Positions 49,301-61,905 are shown, counted from the first letter of the stretch. The stretch is DNA of 64,000 nt from Balanoglossus misakiensis (GCA_040954595.2 CM082581.2:2534699-2598698); one strand, 5' to 3'. Notes: a model not told the origin generated them from the letters alone. Translations and numbers: made by a program.

Positions 49301-51349
49301 CAAAATCGAGGTGTCGGAATAGCGCGAATTACGAAGCATCGTTCCGCCCAATCAGGCAATCGAAAGCAGCTGACCTCCTGAGGCATGCTGTTAGAAAGAC
49401 GCAGCTGTACAAGAAGCCAGAGAATTATGTTGATGTGAGTTTTTTTAAGTATTACATAGCATGAGGTAAATGTAGGTGTGCTTAGCTATGTGTATTGAAT
49501 GACAATGTTTTTATATATAATCCCATGATATTTTTCTTTGTTTGACGTCATCGTATACGAGTGGTTTTCGCGGAGCCGTGCAACTTCGAGCCGTAGGCGA
49601 GAAGTTGTACGACTCCGCGAAAACCACGAGTATACGATGACGTTAAACAAAGAAAAATATCATGGGATTATATATTTATCACATGAACAGTCTTCTTATT
49701 TTCGTTAGAAGAGGTAGGGTTAAAATATTCCAATATCTTGCTAAAATATTCGAGCGGCCTTGCAGTTTATTTAGCGGGATTACGTTATTTCCCCTGCGCA
49801 ACGATCTGTGGCCCCCACGAGATATGCTAATTATGGAATCCCTTTCATTCATAAAGTGAAATTGACTTTCAAGTTTATACACTTTTGCGTCTTGTCTACC
49901 AATCAGATTCGCGGAGTCAGTCACATGGGCCGAATTTTGATACATTCTGCCTGTCAATCATCGTCTCGCGCTGTGTACATGTCAACACAACGTCCTAGCA
50001 AGTCATCGCGTCGAGTTCGCCCGCAAAGTTATGCTGCGAGTCGCAGTTTGACAGAAAAAATGACGCGCTTCATGTAAAACTGTATGAAAAAATAACAGTT
50101 CCATCGCCATATATCCTAAAACCGTTATTGTGGCAGGATATTAAAAATATTAGTCCAGGAACGATGTTCAAGGTTGCGTTTTCGTCGGCCTGGCTAGTCA
50201 GTGGAGTTGTGTTTCCGCAGAAACTACAACCCTCGTACAGAATCTCATCCTCGAACCCCAAACAAATGTTTTCGATGCTCAAACAAATGAACTGCGACGT
50301 TTTTCCACGTCTTATACATTTCGTTGACCGGTGGACAGAATACAGAGTGTTAGTCGTCCCGCTCAGGTGGCTCGAAACCATTCTCGTAACTTCCGTAAGC
50401 CTAAAATCAAGTGTGCTGGCTCGCTCGGGATCGACCAGGCTCGCTAGCTGCAAGCACACATTCACGATCGTAGCGTCAACTTTTCAAATTCTACCTTTCT
50501 CGTATTGATTTTACCCAGCGATATTCTTATGCAACCTCAACTACGGGTACATCCACTTGTTATTCCGTTTTACAAGAAAGTTACAGCGACGGGCGAATCA
50601 GCGAAAATAGTTCCGGTTGATGACGTAGAACAGGGGAAAATTCGGATTTTTTGTTCGACCTGTTCTACGTCACACAGGTCGCTATACGGGCCAGTTCATG
50701 TGATAAAGCTTGAAACACGATTTCAGAATACAGGTACATGTAGTTACAATGTGAAGTGTTTGAACACCACCATGCAGCAGATAGAGCATAGCAGTATTTC
50801 TCTCAGGCTTTCTTGTACCGAGATTATGCATTGTAGTTTTTGTCAGCTATATGCAGACACGATTATGGAAAACCAAAGTCTCTACTCTTTGTAAAGATTT
50901 TATTTTATTTTCCATTCTAGTGTAAAGACACACACTATGTTGAGAGCTTCAACAATGTTGCGCATCCCATTAAAAAAAACTCCTATAAATTTAGGAGTGA
51001 TCTCACCTGTCTGGACTGGGTAAGTTTTATTTTATTTCCGAGTGTGTTCATGTTTTCCCCATGATAATTTACAATGTTTCTGTGCAAGCTTATCACTGAC
51101 AAAACAATAAAATATGACGCAGAAGCGAAAGTGGTGTTAGTTTCGCAGTTTATTGAAACTGTTACTTGAACACTGTCTAATTTCCAGAATGAGAATGTAG
51201 ACCGGCCGTCAACCAATACCAGGAGGAGTCGGCGAGGAAGGCAGTACAGGAGGAGGTCTGAGCGCAGGGTATTGACGGAAAAAACAAGTCGTTGGAGGAC
51301 CAATGTGTGGAGGCGTTTTGTCAAAGAAGTTTTTAGTGCCTCTCTGTAG
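46380..51349 (+). pseudogene. Kolobok-type DDD/E transposase, 11 exons: 46380-46918, 47050-47153, 47442-47509, 47630-47742, 47999-48108, 48283-48381, 48643-48735, 48954-49096, 49279-49434, 50921-51019, 51188-51349
   Basis: All GT-AG junctions are phase-compatible. Motifs CEEGHGFNWNSSP, SDA*HGT*KNA, DDPCSQRHE, HGHNNASVNK, NDTWH..K, HCYWAM, HYQDNHAGC..SRC, THYVESFNN, DWNENVDRP. Premature stops near 46515 and 47690-47700. Confidence 0.8.
49513..50706. mobile_element. Foldback element family D in intron 9 of the Kolobok gene
   Basis: 163-bp palindrome 49513-49675 with apex CGAGCCGTAGGCGAG, then body bounded by TTATCACATGAAC (49676) / GTTCATGTGATAA (50706). Confidence 0.85.
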
Positions 51350-53769
51350 AAACCCAGAGACGTATGCTCTAGTGCATACACATACCAAACGGCCCTTATC
51401 AGGGCTACCACATCCTTCAAAAAGAGAACTACCGTAATCACCAAAACACTTCGTAATAAAAAATTAAAAAGAAATGCACAAATCATTACACAGGCACACA
51501 TACTCACATATAAAAGTGAATAAAGAAGTACACTACACACCCGAGGATAGGACTTTGGTGTTATTTTAATGTACCATTCATTTTTGTCTAAAACAATCAC
51601 CACTCAAAGAAAACTGCCAAAAATAAAGATGTATCGCATTATAATATGTACAATAATGTCGTCTCTTAAAAAAACCTTAAACGGACTCTTGACTTCAGTG
51701 ATGCCCGGATTTGATGAAATATCGAAACGTACGGAAACGCAGAAAGTCAGTCAAAGAATTGTTTTACTATCAATCACGTGATCTGGCCATGTGACCCACG
51801 GCGTTGTCATTTCCAAGTGACGGGCAAGCAATATTTCGCCATTCAGTAAAAGATTTTTCCGAGTATGTTTTTATTTTAAAAACCGCCAGACACGTACCAT
51901 GTATCCGGTATAATGCCTCCACGCTATTGAAGTTGCCCGTCATCTGGATATTTGAATGCTAACGTAACTGTGCCTGAGCGTGCGTGCGGCTGTACACGGG
52001 CGCGACAGCTTCACGAGTGCATATAGCCGCGCCTATAGGCCCATGTCGCAATAGCAATAGATAGGACTTTCTACCTGCAAATCATGACGCACCAAGTATC
52101 AAGACATGCTGCCAATCATTTATAGTTTTGGTAATTCGACTTGTATTCCTTTTATGTGGAATTTTCGACAAGCATCTGAGCTCCCTTCAAAAATTACCGA
52201 CGCCACGATCGCGATTGTCAGCAATTAAAACAATGCGGACATTTTCGCATCGTTCATTTCCGGGGATCAGTCTAGCTTGAACTGGGTTTGTATCGATGTC
52301 GATCTATAAACTTGATGATCGCGAATTCAGACATTTCAACGCCTATTTTGAGTAGCGATCCGCTCTCAAGTTGATAGGAAAATTATAGACAGGCCTGTGC
52401 CGAGCCGCCCCAGCCGTGCGCAAGTGGATTGACCGACGCGTGGTACGGTAGCCGGTCATGCATGCAGGATGACTGTTTTGCATGCTGCCGGCTGCGCCTC
52501 CAATCACAATTGCTTGAGGTCAAAGTCGTCATCAAGACGGTCCTGCCTCGCAGGACAAATGAAGTAAGAATCAATACACGCTGATTTCAGATCATAGTGA
52601 GGTGAATACAGCTTCTTTGTGCGAGATTGCGTTGTAGGGTTTACTTTACAGAGCATTGTCCGAAGTTTCGCGATCGCATTCCAGAGCTTGCACCTGTGCG
52701 CGCTTGGGAGAATTGAGCGTCGAAGTGGTTAGAGCGATCGGCCTCTTGCTTTTCAGTTGACCGTAAACAGTCTCTACTGTACTCGTGTGCAGCTAGACCA
52801 TGGCACGGCCGTTATCGTTATCTGTACTACCTAGCACCCTTTATAGGATTAGCTAAGGTGGTAAACTGTTGTGATTGGAGTGTGTTTTTAACGTACTGTA
52901 AGTTAAACATCGCAACTAGCCTAATGTTTGACTAGGAAGAGCACCTACTAATGCGAAAACCAGGGATTGAAAATTGCCCCTTTAAACATCGACAGACAAA
53001 TGACACATTTTTTCCCCTTTATTTTGTTGAACAGAAGTAAAATGTTCTTGGAGAAGCAAATTTAAATTGTTTTGTGTTCTTTTCACAATGTTAGAAAAAT
53101 GAAATATGACGACAAGTTGACTGTAGAAACGGAAGGTTTGGGGTACTTTAGGCACATCACAGATAAATAAACACGAAACGCATTAATTTTTCAGCTGGAA
53201 AACTACAGCCCTAGGCCTGCCCATCAGTTTCCTCCCATAGACAACCTTCACAATGGGACACCATCCCTGGTTCGTTCAGGAATCTCCCTGGGTTACCTCC
53301 AGGGGACGTATAGAATGCATTAGTGACAATTAAAACGCCATCGACTTTATCCTGTATTATTTTGTAATATTTTCACGGAATCTGAGATTGAAAATTAAGT
53401 ATTCCAACCATCAGCAAGACTTTACTTTCAAAAAATCTAACCGTTGAGAGCTATTTATAGAATAGAGTAATTTTGACATTAAGGCCGAACCCTGTTGTTG
53501 AGTATTAAGATTTAATTTTACTTTTTCGATTAGTGATCTATTTCTTATGCATGAATGAAAAAAAAATAATTGACAGATCTCAGTCTTACAGATGTTTATT
53601 TTATCACCATGGTAACAACTTCTTATCGGTATATAGAGGGTTGTTTGTCTCGTATCGCGCTACTGATATTGAAAAGTAACCTTCCTAATTTCAACAAGCT
53701 GTTAATTTTATAGACGTGTAGCGCGTGCTCATTTTCTTCTTCTTCTTCTTTTTAATTTCTGTGCCGACG

Positions 53770-54203
53770 GCTTCAGTGCCCAACGTTCGATCCTGGCAGG
53801 TGGTTTCGAAATTGGATTGTTGTATATGTGGACCAACGGCTTGTGGTCTGTCACAATGGTGAATTTCTGACCATATACATACAAGTGGAATCGTTCGCAT
53901 GCCCATACAACGGCAAGGGCCTCTCTTTGTGTTTGAAAATATCGTTGTTCGACTGGTGTGAGTGATCTGCTTCCGTAGCAAAGAACTCGTGGTGCGTCGT
54001 CGACGCGTCGCTTTTGCTTTTCTGGGTTAACATGGCTGCTATAAACCTACTGGGCTGGCATCTACAACTATTTCGGTTTCTTTCTTCGGATCGAAGTATG
54101 CCATGATTGTATCACTCATTAGTCAGTTCTTGATGGTGATAAACACTTCTTCTTGTCAATCCGTCCACTCCCAAGGTGGGTCTTTTATGGTGAGTTGTTT
54201 GGA
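53770..54203 (-). mobile_element. Gypsy/Ty3 LTR retrotransposon pol fragment (RT connection + RNase H)
   Basis: Translates to WEWTD*QEEVFITIKN*L...MAYFDPKKETEIVVDASPVGL, then after a frameshift YGSRSLTPVEQRYFQTQREALAVVWACERFHLYVYGQKFTIVTDHKPL...PPARIERWALK. Confidence 0.9.
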
Positions 54204-54784
54204 ATAGTCCGCAGACTTACTGCTGCAAATGGTGAAAGAATTTTCTGTTGAATTGAAGTCTCTGAAAGTTTTAAGGAGGCGAGCAAGAAGACAAATCAAA
54301 AGAGCCCAGAAAAGGATTGAGTATGAACTACTTTTTACAAACCAAACATTACCGTATTCCTTGTATGTAAAAAGTTTGGCTGTTTAAACAGTACTTTCAA
54401 GTAGTTTGAATACTGGGTTCGCTCTTATGTATAGGTCAATGTGCCTGTGCATGCGCTGATTAAGGGAGGTGTTGTCATAGCAACACACAGCCTTCCCTAG
54501 CCATACAGGAATGCTGTCTGTCACCTTTACATGATGGACCGTCCCCAACTTCCCCCAACCCACGGCTGTAATTACTGAAGCCTCCCTTAAAAGCATCAAT
54601 TTGGGATTTTGAGAACCATAGTCTGTTTGGACAGTGTTCATGTATACAAAATTTGGGTGTATTCCTGAGAACTTCAAAACTATATTTTTCTTCGTTAATT
54701 CATGAAAACGTTGCTAATATCAGTTGCTACAAAAACCAAGTTAATTAAGCAATAAAACATCGTTCGTGCGTATAAGGAGTTGAA

Positions 54785-55260
54785 CTGGTCAAAATCGAGT
54801 GGTATACCATGGCTGGAGTGTTTTATTGCTATCATATTATATCAACAATTGTTTTTGTGGCATATCAGTGTCATTTTCTTACCGAAACGGCGTCATAAAG
54901 AGAAATTACGATCGTGAACCAACATGGCGACGATGAATGTAAACACGAGCGGCCGGGATCCAGCCGGGATCGAGCATTAAACATGAAGCAGACGACAAAA
55001 AGTGACAAGACGGGCATCGCGCGTGGCAAAGTGAAAAATATTTCCACAGAGCAATTCCAAAATAAAACGTCCGTTAATTCAACAGTATTGTTGTTTTATT
55101 TATTTGGTTTAAACACGCGCGACTGTGTTTTTTGCTGCCATATGCTAGTTCAGCAGGGGCCCGTTTTAGCTCTGCCAGCAGTGCATTATGAGTATTTTAC
55201 CATCGCTGGATTGAGCTCTCGTCCAATCAGAATTGCGGACGGTAGCATGATATAATATAA
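54785..55260. mobile_element. Foldback-type element family E (palindrome eroded)
   Basis: IR ATATTATATCA (54834) / TGATATAATAT (55248) and a CCAATCAG box near the end, as in families A and D. Confidence 0.45.
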
Positions 55261-56115
55261 TACTGTATATATACCATTTATATATTTGCGACAAAATTAT
55301 TGTCATATATTGCCAAAGAAAACAATGTATTTCAAATAGAATTGTTTTATCAAATTCTGGATATATTTATTATTTAGCAGCATTCAAAAATGGCTAACGA
55401 TGCAGTTTTTTATTTATTAAATTCATCCATATCAAACACAGAAATGTTGTCTACCTAGGATAGGATGACTAGAACAATCATCTAGACAAAGTCAGTCCCC
55501 CCAGATCAATGAGAATAAAAAGTGCCTTGCTCAAGGGCACAAAATCATTGAAGTTTATGCCATTTCCACTCAAGTTGGACTGGAAGTCAAATATGAAGAC
55601 ATTTGTTGGAATTTCTCTTATCTCATATACTTATCTGCATTCTGATTGTGAGCTGATATGTTATGAGGGATTTTATTCTGAAATTGTTCTTTTTGGTGCT
55701 ATGGTCTATTTATTTCCTAAGTGTCACATTCCACTGGAATGAATTGTCTCTCCCCCCAGGTGCACATTAAAACCAAACATGAGAAGCAAGTATGAATAGT
55801 TCATGTCTTGTATTGCAATAATTTGGCAGCCCGTGTTCAACTCGGGGGGTGGGGGGGGGTGGGGGGGGGGGAATGCTAACAATGGACACACATATACACA
55901 AAAGATTGCAAAAGTAAAAGATTTATTTTGAACACATCAAGGATTTTAAAAACCTATAAAGAATCTTTCTGGCTGTGAAGAAGCAGTAAATAATTCATTT
56001 CTCAAGTCCTCATGAAAAAGAGCTGTAAAACTGCAGTTATGGAAACTGCATTGCACGGATTGGTAACAGATAATATTCATATCCAAGATGAGGTCATACA
56101 TGGAATAACATTTAA

Positions 56116-56310
56116 AGGGACAAAATCTCTCTCTCGCTGCCATTTTTCTGTTAATTATGTTTGATACAAGACTGTGGATATATAGTGAATCAACATTCGA
56201 CCACCCACAACTTCCATCCCACTTGTAGACACGAGAGTAAAACACTCGTCAAAATGAATAATCGGTCTCTACCGTTTATTCATTTTGGCGAGATTTTTAC
56301 TCTTATATCC
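56116..56310 (-). mobile_element. Partial AGGGACAAAG MITE copy
   Basis: TTAA|AGGGACAAAATCTCTCTCTCGCTGCC; internal part is inverted relative to the 38518 copy. Confidence 0.75.
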
Positions 56311-57710
56311 TTTAAACAGGCATAATTTTGAATGATAAAGCGAAACTGATTCAAATTTTAAAATCAAGATGGCCACCATTCAATGTGTATTGAGAAAATT
56401 TGAAGTATTTTTATTTTTGAGAAAGCAAATTTTTTTCTGTTTTCAAAGTGACTCTTCCCACATTTTAATACTAAAAATATAAAGATATGTCGACCACCTA
56501 AATAGCATGTCTGCAAAATGTGAATGGTGATGTCTGTATTAGTTTATAATTCAAAATTAAGAAAATAGTTTCTCAATCCTAATATGAATGATCTTGAAGT
56601 GACAACTTGTGTACATAGAAAAAAGATGTTGAGAGTGTGTTCAATGTAAGAAAGCAAGAAGTGTATGACAACCTCTCTTAAATTGCATATTCTTGGTTAG
56701 TCATTTGCTTTTGGGAAATAGTACACATCAAAACTGAAGTCCAGAACATTACACAAAATCATTGTGAACATGTTCTTAACAAGTGTTTCAGATTTCTGCT
56801 TAAACTTATTGGAATTATTGTTAGTGCAATTTGAAACAAACTAACTCTTTACAAACTAATTTGGCTTTACAAATCAGAGACATTGTATACTGACAGGATA
56901 TGTATGTTTCAGCTTTTTTGGCTCAAAATGAACATCTGCAAAACATAGAGTGAATTTCCTAAATCTGTCAACAAACAAAAGTGATGTTTCTACTGAAGAT
57001 ATTGATGATCAGGATTAAAAATATTACTGTACAGCTTTTTGGTGAAAACAATAATTTGAATAAAAAATGTTGCAACAAATCACAAAAATCACTAGAATTT
57101 TAAAAAAATCAACTTTATTTTGCTATAATGGTCATTGATGTCATTAGCTGCAGTTTGTAAACTCAACATGACAATTTCTTAGTTGTCACTTTCTCATAAT
57201 TGTAATTGACTCACTTTATTTGCATGTGTCTCCATCCTGTGAAGCTGACATGACATCATGTTCCTTAGAGTGATTTAATTTGTAATTAACCATTACATAC
57301 ACTTCAAATAGGTCAGTATCTGCAGGATGGTCTTGTACTGTATTTGGGTAATTCACTTTCTGTTATCTCATGCTAGATCTATGTCACAGATTCCATTCAT
57401 TTATCTTTAGTTGTGTCACCTGTTGGTAGCTGTTTCTGCAATCACCATCTCCTCGTTGTACAGCCTGGTTATTGAGAAGACAGTAATGGTGGAGGGTGGT
57501 TTGGTGTATTGGCTTTGATTTCTCTGCAGGGCTTATAACAGTATGTGTGTACGGAACCTTTTCCTTGCACACACACATTACGTTACTCAGTTAAATTTCT
57601 CAGACATTGCAACAAGTTCCATGGAAATACTGCCATCGTTTGCCATACTAATCAGAAATTGATATACTGACGTCACAATGGTCTGCTTCAGAGATGTTGA
57701 TGTCATCATC

Positions 57711-58972
57711 TTAAGATGTAAGATGTAGATTAGCCATGTCACCTTCAACATCATGATGATCAGCTGACACACCAAGTTTTCGGAACATCTCATGTATTTC
57801 TTCTCTGGCAGCGTAGACATCACAACTTTCTTGCTCAAGAATTTTAACCAGGCTGGAAAATTTGCTCTTACAGAATTTCTTATCTGCAGTTGGCTGTTGG
57901 CCTGCACGTTGTTGTCCTCCACAGCCCTTGGACCAAACAGATAAAGCATGTTGTGTGTGGGATTGAATCGATGCACTGTATTGCCATGAATCCACCTCCA
58001 TGCGAGGGATCCCCATCAAGTCTGCCATAGCCCTGTAGTCATTGCCGGATAAACGGATGATATCCATGATATTAGAAAATATCTTGAGGGCATCCTTCAG
58101 CATCCACTTGACATCACTTTCATATCCACTGTGTCGGAGGATGGTTGTATCATACCCAGCACAAAGCAAGTCAGTAGCTGCTTCTGAAATCACCATCTCC
58201 TCGTTGTACACCTTCTCATTCCTCTCTTCTGCTTCCCGAATTTGCTTCAATGTATAGAATGTGACATCTTCAGGGTTGCGATGGTTTCGAAGAGAATCTG
58301 AACTCAACACGTGGATGTCAAGTCTTGTACCAGGACAGCAGATCTCTAACACTTCATAGACAATATCAGTTATTGTCTCTAAAATAATTTGTAGCATTCG
58401 CCGATTTCCTCTTCTTTCTCTGCTCTAACACAAACATGGATAGCTCTCCAACCGTTTGTCATATACACCAAGCCTTCTGCATTGTGACACACTTTGATGC
58501 CATTTTTCCATATACCACTTGTCCGTCGGTTGATCTTTCGGAAATGGCGTTCTATTCGGGCGTGAAGTCGGGGGGAAAATCCTGGCGAGAAACTATCAGC
58601 ATCATCTCTGCATTGGAACCGTCTACCATAGTAAATCTTCTTAGTAGCATCCTGTTTCCACTGATTTGCAGGCATATCTGTGTCCAACAACTCAGGTATT
58701 ACATACCCAGTTACAGTATTGGATTCAGAAATGACCTCGTAGAGAAGGTCAAACTCTTTGAGAAGATTTATCAGCAAATCAATATCTGCCAGACCATGGA
58801 AAACTTCCTCAATTTCGCTTCTCATATGTAAGGACTTCCGCGGCAAGCGGTTTGCAAACTGCTCAAATATTTCAGGAGCCAGCATGGGACCGAATATTCT
58901 AGAACATAACCATTGGGGATCAAGAACAATGACGTCATCTGAATCTGGTAGGGTACTCTCGATTTGGAACAT
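57711..58972 (-). CDS. Terminal exon of a DAPK-like Roco protein (COR domain + death domain) with a frameshift at ~58381-58384
   Basis: cacag acceptor at 58973. COR-type motifs VLDPQWLC, YVIPELL, YYGRRFQC, FSPGFSPRL, WKNGI, CPG. Death-domain-like DYRAMADLMG...PTQHALSVW...LVKIL. Two overlapping ORFs. Confidence 0.8.
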
Positions 58973-59379
58973 CTGTGAATAAACAATGGGGAAAAATACT
59001 TATGTTTTGAGACATTTATTCAAATGAAATTGTGCATATATCTTAGTGACACACATACCAGTATGTAGATGTGTGCATGGCTGATCATACATAGGGAAAC
59101 CGCGAAACCCAGGCCAAGTCTAGCCTTGCCTGGCCAAACCATCTCAGCTATAGTGATCGAAGAAAAACTCATCAACGCCACAATATTGCCACTGGTGATT
59201 TAGGAACAATGTCAGGGCTATACCCACACTAGTGACACACATGGACCACAAAAACATGTTTATAGCAGAGGGCCTTTTCTGGGTTTTTTTCTCAGTCTTG
59301 AATCCCTGTCTAGATCCTCAGCAAAAGGCTCTGTCAAGACTTTCCCCCCCCCCAGATCCCTCTTAAGAGAACCCAGCCT

Positions 59380-61480
59380 GTGATTGGAACTGCGCCGAGT
59401 ACTACAGCTGGCCTTCAAGGCGCAAGACCGCGGCGTGTATGTACACTTTTCGTGTCCCGGCTGAATCCAGCAACAACATGTGGAAATGTTGAGCGCTATG
59501 CTGCGGACAAATTTGATGTAGGTGTGAACTGTACAAAACTGAAAACAAAGTATGATACGTATGCTTCTTTTATGGTTGAATTATCTGATGTAGACATTAG
59601 AGTTGCCCTTGATCCTGTAAATTGGCCTCAGGATACTCTTGTAAGAAAATACTATAAATCTCAGACGCCATGACAGAACGCAAAAATAGTTTACGGATTG
59701 TGTCATTTAACTGTCGCTCTGTGAAATCAAGCTTTCATTCTGTGTATGAATTGTGTGAAACCCATGATATTTGTCTTTTACAAGAACACTGGCTTGCTAA
59801 GGAAGAGATGTCAATTTTACATGACATACATCCGGATTTTATGTCATTCGGAGTATCTGCTTTTGATTCGTCTGAACTCCGTATTGGTAGACCGTACGGG
59901 GGGGGGGGGGGGTTGCAATTCTTTGGCGTAGATCGCTTGGCAAACTTGCCAGTACTGTTGAGTTTGCTGATAGTCGCTTGCTTGGTTTAGTTTTAGAAAA
60001 TGATACTGACAAACTTGTTATTGTAAACTGTTATTTGCCCACCAATACTAATGATAATTTTGAAGTGTTCAGTGAGTACTTGGCGAAAATCAATTCCATT
60101 GTTTCTGATATTAACACTGGGAATGTCTTTTTTATTGGTGACTGCAATGCTGATGTAACTACTGATACAGGCTTTGGTCGTGAGTTGATGGAGCATTGTG
60201 AGCAATTTGGTTACATCGTTTCTGATGTTGAGCTGCTAGGCAGGGATTCTGGTACGTTTACTTAGATTAGCGATGCTCATGGCAGTACTTCATGGATTGA
60301 CCACTGTGTTACCACTGAAGTTTCTCATAGCAATGTTCTTTCAATTTCGAGTCTTTGCAATGTTGTTGACTCCGACCATATTCCTGTTTCAATAGAGGTT
60401 CATTTCAACACTTCTGCTGATGAAAGCTTCAGCAGTAGTTCCTTCAAGCAATGTAATTTTCGAGTTGATTGGAAAAAATTGTCACAGCAGAATATATCCG
60501 CCTACACCCGTTGTACCAAAGCCAAGATTGATAAGATTAATTTATCCGAAGAGTTATTATGCACTAGTGTGAACTGTACAGACCCTTCGCATTTACAGGC
60601 AATTGATACTTGTTATGGTAGTATTGTGGATGCATTGAATTGTACTGCAAAAGATACCATTAGGCGTAAGTTTCACCAGAAAGTTCATGTTGTACCTGGC
60701 TGGAACGATTTTGTAAAAGAAAGTCACGACTATGCCCGTACCATGTTTTTATTATGGGTTAATGGGGTAAACCTAAACAAGGCCCGCTTTTTGAAACCAT
60801 GAAATCTTCCAGAGCTCGTTTTAAGTATGCTTTACGTGCTTGTAAAAAGATTGAGAATCAAAATAGGGCTGACAAGATGGCTGACAATTTACGCTGCCAC
60901 AAACAGAACGACTTCTGGAAGGAAGTCAGAAAGCAAACTAGCAGAAAAACGCCACTTTCTGACACTGTAGGTGGAGCGACTGGTGAGAGTGAAATTGCAA
61001 TTATGTGGCACAAGCATTTCAGTGATATTTTGAATTCTGTCCAGGCTCAGACTGGTAAAAATGACATCGAGGAGAAAATGAAGTATGTTAACTTTTCTTC
61101 TGATATGTATGTTTCTGAAGACGAAGTAATTTCTGCTATACATAAGTTACCTGACGACAAGACAGCTGGCATTGACAATATTTCAGCTGAGCACCTCAAA
61201 TTCTCAGACTCCTCTATTTTACCCATTTTGACTTGTAGTATTAATGCTATGATTGTTCATGGTTACCTGCCAACTGAGGCTATCAAAGTTATTTTAGTTC
61301 CAATTATTAAGGATAAAACTAAGCTTTGTAGTGATGCCAGTAACTACCGGCCGATAGCACTAGCAACTGTTTTCTCTTAAGTTTTTGAGCATATTTTACT
61401 TTCTCGTTGTGAGGAGTTTCTTACCTCTCATTATTTACAATTTGGTTTCAAGCGAGAACATTCAACTGACCTGTGTTTAT
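59380..61480 (+). mobile_element. 3'-truncated non-LTR retrotransposon (RTEX/L2-like): ORF1 end, APE endonuclease and start of RT
   Basis: LFVSRL..YASF..WP; SFNCRS, LLQEHWL, GRPYGG, NCYLP, GDCNAD, SWIDH, SDHIP; PGWN, GIDNISAEHLK, NYRPIAL, QFGFK..ST. Frameshifts and stops present. Confidence 0.9.
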
Positions 61481-61654
61481 TTGTTTACTTCATTGGAGTT
61501 ATGCTGCAATATAGTGCGGAAAATTTCTGACTTTTTCGAGTACACATCGTGATGGCGAATGGTTCAGGAAGGCTAGCCTTTTACCTGAAGGTGTCAACTG
61601 ATGTTGGTTCGAGACCACTTTTTTCATATTTTTTTTTTCTTGAGAACTTTTAAA

Positions 61655-61905
61655 GACATCATCTTGGTGTCATGTTGAGTCATGAAAAATCAGTTGCTGA
61701 TGATTTCAATTGGGCTCAGCGCATTCCAAAAATCTGTAGAATTCTGAAATCTTGGTCATTTCGTAAATTGTCCTACAAAGGGAAAACCCTCATTATCAAC
61801 TCCCTTGTTACGTCTACTCTGTGGTACCGGGCATCTGTTGTTTCGTTGCCTCAGCAACACATACAAATTTTGAATGAGCACATCTGTAATTTCTTCTGGA
61901 GCAAA
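61655..61905 (+). mobile_element. Tx1/L1-clade LINE ORF2 post-RT fragment
   Basis: LGV..NW..I..L.SW..RKLSYKGKTLIINSLVTSTLWY...P....I..FFW. Confidence 0.8.

Noticed and set aside
50070-50894. ORFs of 126-131 aa inside foldback element D as its mobilising enzyme
   Set aside because: No tyrosine recombinase, HUH or DDE motifs recognised.
50983-51603. 206-aa hydrophobic minus-strand ORF
   Set aside because: Antisense shadow of the last Kolobok exons and 3' region; no domain features.
31510-52981. One giant TTAA element bounded by AGGGGCA...TGCCCCT enclosing both transposase genes
   Set aside because: Only 7 bp match. The 31510 end pairs at least as well with CAGCTAATGTCCCG|TTAA near 32539.
54221-54261. 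41-nt minus-strand candidate exon (AG..GTAAGT)
   Set aside because: No neighbouring exons or recognisable product could be linked to it.
55844-55871. G-runs as functional G-quadruplexes (also ~21243, ~25582)
   Set aside because: Simple homopolymers with no supporting context.
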